Made by a program: the position numbers and the translations under genes
Shown: piece after piece, positions 30,446 through 41,907 of the stretch
How positions within the stretch are numbered: the stretch's first letter is position 1
How the letters are laid out: each line of letters opens with the position of its first letter
The notes under the pieces: generated by a model
Database searches by the model: none
Seen by the model: only the letters and a program-made list of their open reading frames with translations
Told to the model about the DNA's origin: nothing
Assembly (NCBI GenBank): GCA_023205875.1
Contig: CP060762.1
Coordinates: forward strand, 248,001 to 312,000
DNA length: 64,000 nucleotides
Reading direction: 5' to 3'
Source: Chloropicon primus
Taxonomy: Eukaryota

Positions 30446-31843
30446 ATGGAGACGGAGCAGGAGCTGAACCAGTTGCTGGAGGAGGAGGAGGACGGCCTGG
30501 AGGAGGAGGAGGACGGCGTGGACGAGGTGCTGGTCGAGGAGGAGGAGAATGAGGACACGGGGAGGGTGGAGAATGACGTGACGTCGATGGACGAGGACGC
30601 GTTGGAGGAGGACGAGGAGGCTCCGACGAGGAAGAGAAAGGCGGAGAGGGATCCCCCCGCAGCCGATCAGGAGAAACCTCAAGGGGATGCTGAAGGTTCG
30701 GACCTTTCCAATGACGAGGAGGGGGCGGAGGTGATCGAGGAGGAGGAGGAGGAGGAGGAGGCTCAGGTGCTGGCGGACGCGATACCGTGGCGCTCCAGCG
30801 CTGGTGCGGCGACTAGCGGTGTCGAGAGCCTGGTTCGAGACGGCGACCTCGTTGTGGTGTACGAGAGGCACGATAGGATGAAGGCCCTCAGGGTGACCAA
30901 GGGCGGGATCTTGCAGAACAGGTACGGGGTCTTCGATCAAGGCGCCTGGATAGACAAACTGCACTTTGGCAGCGTCGCGTACGCGAAGCAGTTCCCGAAG
31001 AAGGACGGGGCGAAGAAGGAAGCTTCCAAGCGGGGGGGTCAGCGGAAGAGGATGAACGGCTCGAGGCAGGACGGCTTCGTGTACGTTCTCCGCCCGACTT
31101 CGGAGCTCTGGTCCCTTGTCCTGCCGCACAGAACCCAAATTCTCTACGTCGCAGACATCTCGACGGTCGTTATGCACCTCAGGCTCAGGCCAGGAATGCG
31201 GGTCGTGGAGAGTGGGACCGGGAGCGGCTCGCTCACCCACGCTCTCTACAGGGCGGTTGCGCCGTCTGGATCGGTCTTCACCTTCGAGTACCACGGAGTC
31301 CGCGCGGACAAGGCGAGGGAGGAGTTCGTGGACCATGGCATCGATCTGAAGAGCGCTGCCGCGGACTCGGGAAAGGGCGGTGTGTGGGTGGAGCAGAGGG
31401 ACATCGAGCAGCTGGGGTTCCCGACGGATGGCGAGTTGTACCCGGAGGGCTCCGTTGACGCCGTGTTTCTCGACCTTCCCGGACCCTGGAAAGCCATTCC
31501 CAGCGCGACAAAGTGCCTCAAAGTGGGAGGCACCCTCTGCAGCTTCTCCCCGTGCATCGAGCAAGTCCAGAAGACGCTGGAGGCGATGAACGAGGAGAAC
31601 GTGTTTTACAGGATGAGAACCATGGAGATTTTGCTGAGGCCCTACGAGCTGAGGACGGAGAAGTTCAACCTAATGACGGAGCCGGGAGAGCTCGTGGCTC
31701 CGAGGACTTTTTCCGCCGGGAAAGATCCGAGCCGATTCGTGCGCCAGCCCTCGGAGTCGAGGCTGATGGCTATCCCCTCCGAGGACATGAGGGGCCACAC
31801 CGGCTACTTGACCTTTGCACAGAAGGTTAAGTTCGACAAATAA
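30446..31843 (+). CDS. TRM61: tRNA (adenine-58-N1)-methyltransferase catalytic subunit
   Basis: ELWSLVLPHRTQILY, VESGTGSGS, VFLDLPGPW, SFSPCIEQV, GHTGYLTFA; acidic N-terminus. Confidence 0.95.
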   Translation: METEQELNQLLEEEEDGLEEEEDGVDEVLVEEEENEDTGRVENDVTSMDEDALEEDEEAPTRKRKAERDPPAADQEKPQGDAEGSDLSNDEEGAEVIEEEEEEEEAQVLADAIPWRSSAGAATSGVESLVRDGDLVVVYERHDRMKALRVTKGGILQNRYGVFDQGAWIDKLHFGSVAYAKQFPKKDGAKKEASKRGGQRKRMNGSRQDGFVYVLRPTSELWSLVLPHRTQILYVADISTVVMHLRLRPGMRVVESGTGSGSLTHALYRAVAPSGSVFTFEYHGVRADKAREEFVDHGIDLKSAAADSGKGGVWVEQRDIEQLGFPTDGELYPEGSVDAVFLDLPGPWKAIPSATKCLKVGGTLCSFSPCIEQVQKTLEAMNEENVFYRMRTMEILLRPYELRTEKFNLMTEPGELVAPRTFSAGKDPSRFVRQPSESRLMAIPSEDMRGHTGYLTFAQKVKFDK

Positions 31844-31892
31844 ATAATACTAAAAAAAGCGTCCACGAATTATTTACTCTTTCTCCTTGAGT

Positions 31893-32434
31893 TCACTTTG
31901 CGCAAACCGCCCTCACGATGCATCCCAGACCCGCCTTCTTCGTAAGAGCCTCGTGGACTTTGAAGAGGGGCGAGCTCAATGCCGCGTCTTTCATGCTGAG
32001 CCCCAAGTAAACAAACCTGCGAAAGAAAAGGGCAAGGAGAGAGAGAGAGAGAGAACACCGTGGTCAGCGAACGATTCTACTCCCCCAAACCCAAAGAAAA
32101 AATGCAAAGCCTCGTTGTCCATCGCCGCGATCGCGATCGATCCAGGAGTTGGAGCCAAACGACAATCGATCGAGGACGACTCGGTTCGAAATCTTCCTTA
32201 CTTCATGAGGTTGTCCTCCTCGTCAGGCTCCAGGGCACTGACGCAGTCCGCGATAGCCTTCTCCGTCTTGAGCTGGCCGACCACCATGGTCACCGCCTTG
32301 ACTTGTTCTTTCCGCAAGTCCTCGTTCTCCACCGGCCCGAGTCGCGACGCCTCCCTCATGGCCTCGTTTAGCCTCATGCTCCCGGCCTGAAGGCTCACGC
32401 TCTCCAGCTGCCTCCTCACCTCCGCTTCACTCAT
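31893..32434 (-). CDS. ARPC5: Arp2/3 complex subunit 5 (p16-Arc); exons 32202-32434 and 31893-32016
   Basis: Spliced product of 118 aa ending EEDNLMK|FVYLGLS...LFKVHEALTKKAGLGCIVRAV, the p16-Arc C-terminal signature. Confidence 0.82.
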
Positions 32435-32500
32435 CTCTCTTCCCAACGCCAATGAATCATCAAACACAGCAAACAACTTTCTCTTTCAGTTTGTTGTCCT

Positions 32501-32775
32501 TTCCTCAAAACGCAACCAAATCTTTCGACCGAGGGCTCTTTCGAAACACCAACTGAAGATGCTTTCCACTCACGAGCCGCCTTCCCCTTTCCCCTCATCC
32601 CCTTCACCAACACTCACCTTTTCCCTTCTGTCTCTCTGTCATCAACAAGGGCAAACCAGCTTTGTTCAGTACGTCATTTCCTCAAAACGCAACCAAATCT
32701 TTCGACCGAGGGCTCTTTCGAAACACCAACTGAAGATGCTTTCCACTCACGAGCCGCCTTCCCCTTTGTCCTCGT
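32501..32775. repeat. Intergenic direct repeat, ~95 bp x2, period 177 bp, each copy carrying the dispersed element
   Basis: ttcctcaaaacgcaaccaaatctttcgaccgagggctctttcgaaacacc... at 32501 and 32678. Confidence 0.92.
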
Positions 32776-32869
32776 CCCCCGTCATCAACACTCACCTCTT
32801 CCCTTCTGTCTCTCCTCTGGCCCTCTGTCAATCGCCGCAGGGAGGAAGAGCAATCAACAGAGAGCGAGC

Positions 32870-32901
<32 letters not shown>

Positions 32902-32906
<5 letters not shown>

Positions 32907-33432
32907 CTTCGCAGGAGGGCAGCAGAGCCACGGGATGCCGAGTGAGAGCGACATGATGCATCAGGTGAAGGCAGAACTCGCCACGGCATACGCTCAAGAG
33001 TTCTACAACGTAAGTGGTCAACCCCGAACATGGAGAGGGAGAGCTTTCCTTTCCTTTTGTTGTTGTTGTTGTGCGGGCCATGGGGTCAAGCCATGCTGTG
33101 ATCTGGCAAGAGACTGAAAGGAATTGGATTTGTTTTGCTTTTGCTTTTGTTTTTTTTGTTGTTGATAAAATATGATGATGTTGTTTCAGACGGTGAGGCA
33201 CAAGTGTTTCAAGGCGTGCGTGACAAGCCCGAGCTCGAGCCTGAGCAGCAGCGAGAGGACCTGTCTCGAGCGTTGCGTGGACAGATACGTGGAGGTGAGT
33301 CTGGAGGTCCCATGCCTTTGCAAGTTTCGTGGAGTTCTAGGGATTGACTGAACTCCGAATGTTTTTTTCCTGCTTCAGGCCACTCAAGTTGTATCGCAGA
33401 GCGCCATCAAGGCGCTTCAGGGGCATTCCTAG
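32902..33432 (+). CDS. TIM13: Mitochondrial small Tim chaperone; exons 32902-33009, 33190-33294, 33379-33432
   Basis: QVKAELATAYAQEFYN|TVRHKCFKACVTSPSSSLSSSERTCLERCVDRYVE|ATQVV; twin Cx3C motif. Confidence 0.9.
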
Positions 33433-33624
33433 AGCTGTGGTCCAACCAAGGAGCGAGAGGTTGGCTCGGTGTTCGCCGCCACGATGGGTGTTATTGGGAA
33501 GGAGTGAGCGGCTCACAAAGGAACGGGGTCTAAAAGAATAAATGCTATTGTTACAAACGGCGAGACCGAAATAATAAACCACACAAAGCAGTGTATACAC
33601 CCCCACCGTCGACGAAGACGAGAG

Positions 33625-35085
33625 TTACTCGGCGGCTTCCCCGTTGGCTCCTTCCCCGTTGGGTCTCGCCCAGCCCGTGAAGGAGAGCTCGACGGAAGAA
33701 TCTTGCTTCACTTGCAATCCTTGGAAAGTCTCCAAGAGGCTCGGCTCGCAGTAGGTGAACCCCTTGAAAGGGTCCCCGTTTTCCTTCAAAGCCGCCTTGA
33801 GGGCCGGGCTCTGCACGTCCGGCGTCCCGCACGGCGAGTCCAGGGGCGGCAGCTCAGTGTACTCCTTGTCAAAGTTGTTCACGCAATCCACGCCAGAGAC
33901 GACTGGCTTGAATGGGCTGGGTATCTCCAAGTTCTCCAGCTTCTTCCAATGGATTGTCTTGAAGAAGGGGTGCTTTTTGATCTGCTCAAATCCCGACGGC
34001 CCGTAACCCAACCTCTTCGAGGGGTCCCTCTGCAGCAAGGCCTTGATGAGGGAGTGCGCCTCGCTCGTGAGGTACTTGGGCAGCTTAATCTTGTCTCGGG
34101 TTATCTTCTTCTTCAGGGTGTTCTTGTTCTTGCTCCGGAACGGTGGAAGGCCCACCAGCATCTCGTAAAGCAGGATCCCGATGCTCCACCAGTCCACAGT
34201 CTTCCCGTGCCCGTTGCCCAAGATCACTTCGGGGGCCATGTACTCTATTGTGCCGCACATGCTGTTCGTTCTCGGCTCGTCCGTCATGTTACACTTGGCC
34301 AGACCAAAGTCGGTCACTTTCAGGTGCCCGTCCGCGCCAAGGAGAACGTTCTCCGGCTTCATATCCCGGTGAACAAACCCCAAGCTGTGGAGGTGACCCA
34401 CCGCGAGGACCATCTCCGCCGCGAAGAACCTCGCAATGTCCTCCGTGAAGAGCCCCTGGTCGTACAACTGGAAGAAGAGATGCCCCCCGTTGATGAACTC
34501 CATCACCATGTACAGCTTGCTGCTCGTCTGAAACGTGTTGTAGAGCGTCACGATGAACGGGTGGTTCACGCTCGTCAATATCTCCCTCTCCACCCGCATG
34601 TAATCGATGTGGTCCTTCTCCAGGATCTGGCTCTTCTTCAGCACCTTCATCGCGTAAATCTCATCCGTGCGCTTCAGCCTCACCTGGAACACCTTGCCGA
34701 ACGCCCCTTGGCCCACCACCCTCAGCAGCTCAAAGTCCTTCGACCCGAGCTTCGTCGGCGCACCACTCGAACTCGACGACGAAGCTCCCCCTGACCCCTC
34801 GCCGCCCCCTTCCGCCATCGACGGCGAGTCAGTCTCCCTCACCTCCTCCTCCTCGTCGAAGCAGCCATCCTCCTCCTCGTCCTCGATCCTCGAGACGCTG
34901 CGCGAGATAATCCCTGGCTGGACCAAACGAACCGAGTCGCTATCGCTGCACTGACTGTTCAGCGAATTCCGCCGCGAGACGTCCCTCGAACCAAAGGTGA
35001 ACATGTCCTCCATGTCGAGCTCAACCGCGTCGCCCTCGCTCCTCACCAGCGTCACCGGAGAACCGCCCTTCTCCTCCATGTTCAT
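33625..35085 (-). CDS. S6K: AGC kinase, ribosomal protein S6 kinase
   Basis: VVGQGAFGKVFQV, FINGGHLFFQL, SMCGTIEYMAPE, NFDKEYT turn region, FKGFTY hydrophobic motif. Confidence 0.92.
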   Translation of the reverse strand: MNMEEKGGSPVTLVRSEGDAVELDMEDMFTFGSRDVSRRNSLNSQCSDSDSVRLVQPGIISRSVSRIEDEEEDGCFDEEEEVRETDSPSMAEGGGEGSGGASSSSSSGAPTKLGSKDFELLRVVGQGAFGKVFQVRLKRTDEIYAMKVLKKSQILEKDHIDYMRVEREILTSVNHPFIVTLYNTFQTSSKLYMVMEFINGGHLFFQLYDQGLFTEDIARFFAAEMVLAVGHLHSLGFVHRDMKPENVLLGADGHLKVTDFGLAKCNMTDEPRTNSMCGTIEYMAPEVILGNGHGKTVDWWSIGILLYEMLVGLPPFRSKNKNTLKKKITRDKIKLPKYLTSEAHSLIKALLQRDPSKRLGYGPSGFEQIKKHPFFKTIHWKKLENLEIPSPFKPVVSGVDCVNNFDKEYTELPPLDSPCGTPDVQSPALKAALKENGDPFKGFTYCEPSLLETFQGLQVKQDSSVELSFTGWARPNGEGANGEAAE

Positions 35086-35456
35086 CCTTCCCTCGGTTTT
35101 TTTTCCGTCCCTTTCCCTTTCTCCTTTGCCTGCCTCCAACCTCGAGCGAACGAAACCAAACCCTTTCAATGGTGGTACGAGTGGAAAGGTCGTGAGACAA
35201 GCTCTCCGCTGGTTCCGCTCTCCTCCCCCTTGGCGTTCCCTGCCGCTCTCTACGCCCCTCACAACAACAAGGCACGCCACGCCTCGCCGTCAAAAGTCTG
35301 CTGACCGCTCAAAATGATCATGTCACAAACCAAACCCAGGGAGAGGGTCAAGGAGGTTGCGGAAGAAGGCAGGGTTCCTCGGTGCAGCACCTCTGGAAGA
35401 GTTCGAGTGAAGTCCTAGATACGATGGATGAATTAAAGTTACACACAAGGCTTTTC

Positions 35457-36516
35457 TCAGTCCCTCCTGAGGGGAAGGATCTCCTTCTGAACGCCATGCT
35501 CCGGGGTGAGTATGAATATCTCCACGGCATCCCCGGTGTATATGTCCCTCTCGCTCGCTGCCGAGAAGGCGATCTTGACGGTCTCGATGGCCTCGGCTTG
35601 AGACAAGCTCGTCACCGCAACCTGGGGGGGGGGGGCGGGGAGAAAGAGCAGCTCCGTCAGCACAGCCCAGACTTTTCGACAACTCTCTAGGAAAGAAGGA
35701 GGAGGAGGAGGAGAAAGCACACGCCGGAGGAGCGTCATCCTTACCTTTGGTGGGAGCTCCAAAATGCTCGGCGCCTTCAGCTGGTTGTCCAGGACTGGCT
35801 GGACGAGGTCCTTGCCCGAACCCTGGCACGAATAACCCACCCTTTCGTGCGATCCTATGGCGTCGTAAGTGTACACGCAACCTCTTCCTTGGTCATCCAA
35901 ACCCGCACAAAGGTTAAAAGTGTAGTAAGGAAAGAACCTCTTGTAGTACAGGGTGTTGCCAAGCATCTGGGCCATCGCGGGACAGCTCATGGGCTTCTTG
36001 TGGAAGTGCTCGTAGTTCTCGGACCTGAACGTGAGCACCTTGTGGAGCTGAGACCTGTCCCCATCAAAACCCGCGCTCGCGATGAGACACTTGTCGTTCA
36101 CCTCGAGGATCATCGACTTGTCCGCAGTCAGGATGCTGAACCCTGTCGAAAGCCTGTTGAACAAGCAAAGCAAGAGACACGGACAGATCCGATCAGCAAA
36201 ACGGAAGAGCCAGAAAGGAAAACGTCTTCACGATGGACGTGGACTCACCTCGTGCTGGCGGCGACGATGCAGTAGCCTTCGCCACCAATAGCAATACACG
36301 TCCCTCCATTCAGGTCGTAACTGCGAACCGAACGAACAAAAAGAAACACGAGCAAGTGACACGTTTGAGTTAGGTGAGATCATTGCCTCAAGGGGGCAGA
36401 GACAAGACGCGTTCGTTCGTTTCGTTTCGGCTTTGGAAACGGAAAGAAGCGAATCGGCGCGTCTCGCCCTCGTGGGTGATGCCTTCGGTCGTTACGTACG
36501 GGCTCCAGCGCGACAT
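35457..36516 (-). CDS. PSMB1: 20S proteasome subunit beta-6 (beta type-1); 4 exons
   Basis: Spliced MSRWSP|YDLNGGTCIAI...STR|LSTGFSI...LYYKRFFPYY...ERDIYTGD...LRRD. Confidence 0.93.
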
Positions 36517-36640
36517 CTCGTCTCGTCTCGTCTCGTCTCGTCTCTCTCTCTCTCTCGTCTCTTCTCTCTCCTCCCCCGGCGCCTCGCTCCTGAAAAATTG
36601 AAAAACAAGGACCCTAGCGGCCAGGATGGAGAGGCATTGC

Positions 36641-36939
36641 CAGTGATATGGAGAGCGGATGCCGAGGAGGAGGGGGGGAGGGGGGAGGTGTGGGCATGGG
36701 TGGGTGGATATTTTGTCTCTCGCTCTTTCCAAAGAGCCCTCGCTTGCCAGGAATGGCGTGGAGGAAAGGCATTGCTGGTGGTGGTGCTGGTGGGTAGTGG
36801 TGATGATGATGAGGGGGTGGACAGTGATATGGAGAGCGGATGCCGAGGAGGAGGGGGGGAGGGGGGAGGTATGGCATGGGTGGGTGGATATTTTGTCTCT
36901 CGCTCTTTCCAAAGAGCCCTCGCTTGCCAGGAATGGCGT
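36641..36939. repeat. Intergenic direct repeat, ~118 bp x2, period 180-181 bp, each copy carrying the dispersed element
   Basis: cagtgatatggagagcggatgccgagg...ctctttccaaagagccctcgcttgccaggaatggcgt at 36641 and 36822. Confidence 0.92.
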
Positions 36940-37098
36940 TGATTAAGGGCATCGGTGGTGCTGTGAGTGGAGGGGAAGGCAGGTGGTTTAGTGGTGAGAT
37001 AAATTACAAAGAACAGAACGAAAGCTCGCGTCAACATACATGCGTGCGTGCGTGCGTGCGGAAAAGTTGGCTGGTTGTGCTCCTCTGGTGGGAACTTC

Positions 37099-38224
37099 TT
37101 AGGCTCTCTTCGTCCTGCGCCTTCTCCTCACGGCTGACTCGGGCTCCTCGTCAGAGCTGCTGTCCTCGTCACCCGAGTCATCCTTCTTCGCTGGAGCCTT
37201 CTTCGCGGCAGCCTTTGGGGAAAATGGCTTGGCCTTGGCCTTCTTCGCCGGCGTCTTTCCTTTTGCGGGCGCCTTCTTGCCGCTGCCGTAGAAAAGGATC
37301 TGGAGCGCAATAATAAAGTTCAAGGTCGTGGACATGCAGTAGCCAACCACCATGGTGAAGCCAGCGTTGTCAGTGTAGCTGGTGAATATCCTGACAGACC
37401 CGCCGAAAACAGTGATGAGGTAGCTGAATATCGAGAGCTGCCCCGTGCCTTTCGCGACGAAGTTGGCGTAAATCTGAGGCAGCCTGGCGAACATGATCGT
37501 CACGAAGCTCGCTCCGCTCAAGACTCGCATCACTTCGTCGCCCAGCTGACCCGAAAGGAGGACGGCAAGGCCGCCCGCGTAAAGGGCCGTGGCGATACCC
37601 ACGTGAGACATAGGGGTCTCGGCGTACTTGTAGATCAGCGCAAGGAGGAAAACATCCTGGACGCTCATGATGATCGCCTCTCCGTACCCCGTGAAGGGCA
37701 ACTTGAAGTGCAACCCGTAGGCGAACGTGAGGGTGTAAGCAACGAGCTCGGTCTCGAAACCCGTCAGGCTCAGGCCTTCGGCGCTCTTCGACCGCAACAG
37801 GGCCATGATCTGCGGAAGCTTAATGATACAAGACATGAGGACGATCGCGCTTCCCAAAAGCCTCGACATGAGCAGTGCAATGACCTCCATCGTGGGAAGC
37901 TCCCCCTTGAGCAACCTGGAAGAAATCAAATCAAAACATCATCGTGAACAAGCACAGACAGAGACAAAGAGAGCAACCTGGTGAGTCGAGGTTCTCCCCG
38001 GCAACCCTTCGCGAGACGAGGAACCGAGGCCAAGTAACGAGCCGAGGTTCGCACGGCTCGATGCCCCATCCAGAGCCAGAACAGAACCCTCCTCCTCTGT
38101 TTCTGTTTGTTGTCGTCCCGGGGGAGAGACCCATCCGTCCACGAGGCGGAGATCTTGGGACAGAAGCAATGGCACCGAACACTTACCCTGTGGCTACCCC
38201 CATTCCCAACTCTATCGCGTCCAT
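37099..38224 (-). CDS. MPDU1: Mannose-P-dolichol utilization defect 1 (PQ-loop) protein; short first exon ending ~38187
   Basis: IIKLPQI...SAEGLS, LPFTGYGE, ARLPQIYANF..KGTGQLS, RIFTS. Confidence 0.9.
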
Positions 38225-38722
38225 CGTCACTTGGTTGGCTCTTCCCATCCCCAAACCACGAGACGAGACCCAGAAAAAAAAAAGAATCGCAAACGTTTCA
38301 GTCTCTCCCATCCTCAACACGGCGTCATTCTCACCGAGCGAGAGCTCTATCGAAAGCTCGTGAGATGAGTCACGAGACTACGTCCTCCTCTTTCGGCATC
38401 AGCTCCGTCTCCGTGTTCGACATGCCCGCCAAACTCACCTCGTTCCTCCTTTTTCCTCCGAGGGGAAAACTGATCGGTGGTTTCCCTCCAAAAGCAAAGC
38501 GGAGGCTGGCGGCTGCGATCGGCGGAGAAGAGGGAAAGGATCGCCCCTTGGACGCGCAACACGGGAAGGGAAGGGCGGGAGAGGCTCATGCGTCGAAAGA
38601 ACATCTCGAGATCTTTCGATTGACGCCTTCCTCGTCCTTTTTGGCAACCGGAGTCGTCGGAAGGTTTCGGATCGAAGAGGTGGAGACCCGACGGCGGCTC
38701 GATCGCTTGGACTCTCAAGGTG

Positions 38723-40099
38723 ATGGTTACCGTGTTGCGTCCTCAACGGGGCGGCCGTTACGTCCGCTCGAGCGGGAGGGAGATTGCTTCGCAATCGACT
38801 TGCCGCGTTCTCGTTCCGTCCACTTCGGGATGGAAAAGGAGAGCAACGAGATCGAGTTGGAGTTCTGTAGGGTTCTTGGCAGCAGCCAACACGGGTGCGA
38901 ATGCGGCGCCAGAGTCGTACAAGAGCCTCTTGGACTACGAAACGTACGAGTGGAATGGGTACAAGATCAACAGCGCGGTACGTCGATCTCTGTCTGTCTC
39001 TCTGTCTGTCCTCGGACTTCGTTTTTGTTTCACTGCGTGTGATGACCAACTTTAGATGACGAGACCGATCCATTCATTCATTCAAAAATATGAGGACAAC
39101 TCGAGGCATTTGTCTGACGCTAAGAAGGAAACGAACGAGAGCAACAGAACAACCGAAACTACCCGGTCCTGAGTTTGGTGTACTGACGTGTGGACCCTGT
39201 CCCGTCTCTTCCTCTAGGTGGGCGCGTCGAACAAGCCAGGTGCGTTGGATGTGCTCCTCGTCCACGGATTTGGGGCGTCCATAGGCCACTTCCAGAAAAC
39301 CATCATTGCGCTTTCCAGGGCGGGCCACAACGTTCACGCCTTGGACCTGCTGGGGTTCGGGAAATCGGAGAAGCCTCTTGATTACGACTACCAAATGGAA
39401 GGTTGGAGGGATCTCCTCGTGAGCTACGCCAAGGAGAGAATCTTCGCCCAAGGGAAGGGCGGCAAGCTGGTCATCATGGGCAACAGCATCGGTTCCCTGG
39501 CCAGCTTGATGGCAGCGCGGGAGCTCGTGGAGCAGTCCCTCGAGAGGAACCTGAAAGGCGTGGTCCTGCTGAACTGCGCCGGGGGGATGAACAATGCTGC
39601 CACCTTGGACGACGATTGGAGGGTGAAGCTCGCTTACCCGATATTCGCGTTGATCAATGCTTTGCTCAAGATCGAGCCGGTGGCGAGGTTTCTCTTCGGC
39701 AAGTTCAGCACCAAGGAGAACATCGAGAACGTCCTTCGACAGGTGTACCGAAACCAGGACAGCGTTGACGACGACCTCGTGGACCTGATCCACGAGCCAG
39801 CGACAACGCCCGGTGCTCTCGAGGCGTTCGTGTCCATACTGACTGGGCCGCCAGGACCCAGGCCGGAGGAGCACATGCCAACCCTCACGAAGGCAAGCGT
39901 GCCCTTGCTTGTTCTCTGGGGCTCGAGCGACCCCTTCACTCCAATTGACGGCCCGGTGGCAAAGTATTTCCTGGACACGCTGGAGCCCGCGCACGAGTTC
40001 GTATCCAAGGCCATCCTCGAGGATGTTGGCCACTGCCCGCACGACGACAGACCCGAAGCAGTGCACGGGGCACTGCTTCCGTGGCTTGAGCAGCTGTGA
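38723..40099 (+). CDS. CLD1: Plastid alpha/beta hydrolase, chlorophyll dephytylase-like; intron 38978-39217
   Basis: LVHGFGAS, GNSIG nucleophile, LLNCAGGMNN...DDWRVKL, AFVSILTGPPGP, GHCPHDDRP, as recalled for Arabidopsis CLD1. Confidence 0.82.
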
Positions 40100-40226
40100 G
40101 GCATACATACCAAGACACAATCCTTTTTTTTGCATGTAAGCTTTTGTTTTTTGTCTGTAACTGTATTTGTTAATCTACTTTTGTTCTCAATAATATATAA
40201 AAAACATCTTGCGTACTTCGCTTCCA

Positions 40227-41660
40227 TTAAATGTTTGCTGCCGCAAAGATGTTGAACCCATCGTACGCCGTGCTGACCACCGCGCCCTTGATCTGCTCGT
40301 GCCAATGCACTTCCTTCACGTTGTCCTGGCCTCCATGAACGAAGAGGAGCTGCGGGGGAATGTCCACTGGTATCTCAACCTCGCCGCCTTCCGCGGCGGC
40401 ATTGATGTGCTCCACCTCTTCTGCCGCGTCCCTCTCCACGGAAAGGTCCCAGAAGCATATCTGGTTATCCGCGCTCGAGGTCGCCACCATCGAGCCCTCG
40501 TAAGGCGACCACTCGATGGAGGTGATGGCCTTCTTGCAGTAGTCAAAGTTCGCGACGTACTGCTTGTTGCTGATGAACCTCATGTCCCAGATTCGCATCG
40601 TTCCGTCGTCCCCGCCAGAGGCAATCATGCAGCTCGTGAGGGAGTTCCACGAGATGACATTGATGTCCGTCTCGTGGGCCTCGTAGGAAAGGCCAGGCTT
40701 CCCTCTCTGCCTCGTGTCCCAAATTTTGATCGTCTTGTCCACGGAGCACGAGGCGAAGACGGAGTCCTCGGCGGGACTCCACTGGAGGTCCTCCACGGAA
40801 GCAGAGTGACCCGCGAAACCCTGCGAATCCGTCTGCCAGTTCACCAGGGTGCCGTCGTGGCGCGTGAGCATGATCTTCCCGCTGCAATCGCCAGTCAGCA
40901 AGCTCGAGTTGGTCCTGGACCAGTCCAAGGCGTACCCCTCGACGGCGTGCTGCGCGATATGCAAAGGCGTTTGGTGGACTTGCTTCACCTTGTTCTTCTG
41001 AGTCCTCGGCCCTATCTTCTCCTCGGAGAGCATCTTCATGTGGGACGAGAGGTCCCAGACTTGAACGTGCCCCGTTTCTCCCCAAGAGGCAACGATGCAG
41101 CTCCCTTGCTGCTTCAAGCACCTTATTCTGTTGATACCCCCCCTGTGGTGAACCTCCACCGCCGAGAAGTATGGCTGCTCGCCCTCCTCCTCCTCCGAGT
41201 CGGACTCCGAGTCGGAGCTCGAGACGTCCATCTCCATGTCCATCTCATCGCCAGCCCCGTCCTCGTCCCGGGCCTTCTTCGACTTTCTCTTCGCACCGTG
41301 CTTCCCCTGGCACACGTTGGACAGGCGTGCCAGGCACACCGCGTTCTCGTTCGGGTCTCCGGCCTGCGTTCCAGCCACCACCGTGCACTCGTAAGGAAAC
41401 TGAGTCTTCTCCCTCTCGCCGAGCCCGTCCACGGCCACGTCAAACGACAGGCAAGGCCAAGAGAACCGAAACCTGTGCAGGCACTCGTACGCCGTGGGGT
41501 CGTAGCTCAGCTCCTCCCCCTCCTCGATGGGGTCAACCCCGGCACGCCACACCGTCTGCGTTCCGAATCCAGCGCTTCCACCACCCGTCGAGCCCTTGCT
41601 GGACCCTCCACCTCCCTTGGGCTTCTTCTTCTTCCCCTTGGGTGCCTTCCTCCTCGCCAT
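40227..41660 (-). CDS. GRWD1: GRWD1/RRB1 WD40 ribosome-biogenesis and histone-binding protein
   Basis: ELSYDPTAY...WPCLSFD, EGYALDWS, SVEDLQWSP, IPPQLLFVHGGQ..KEVHWH. Confidence 0.93.
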   Translation of the reverse strand: MARRKAPKGKKKKPKGGGGSSKGSTGGGSAGFGTQTVWRAGVDPIEEGEELSYDPTAYECLHRFRFSWPCLSFDVAVDGLGEREKTQFPYECTVVAGTQAGDPNENAVCLARLSNVCQGKHGAKRKSKKARDEDGAGDEMDMEMDVSSSDSESDSEEEEGEQPYFSAVEVHHRGGINRIRCLKQQGSCIVASWGETGHVQVWDLSSHMKMLSEEKIGPRTQKNKVKQVHQTPLHIAQHAVEGYALDWSRTNSSLLTGDCSGKIMLTRHDGTLVNWQTDSQGFAGHSASVEDLQWSPAEDSVFASCSVDKTIKIWDTRQRGKPGLSYEAHETDINVISWNSLTSCMIASGGDDGTMRIWDMRFISNKQYVANFDYCKKAITSIEWSPYEGSMVATSSADNQICFWDLSVERDAAEEVEHINAAAEGGEVEIPVDIPPQLLFVHGGQDNVKEVHWHEQIKGAVVSTAYDGFNIFAAANI

Positions 41661-41870
41661 GTTCAGCCTTGCCTCGTTCCGGTCTTCACGCAACCTCACC
41701 CTCTCCCTCTCCCTCGCCCTCCTGCAACGGCAGATCCAACGCCTCCGGTGTCGTAACGACCGGTCAGTCGCCAAGACAAGTAATCAAGGAAGCGTCCAGA
41801 CGATCCCGCGCTCCTCTTCCTCACGTTCCTCTTCCTCAATCCTTCTCAGACAATCCTTCTGTCCAATCCA

Positions 41871-41907
<37 letters not shown>

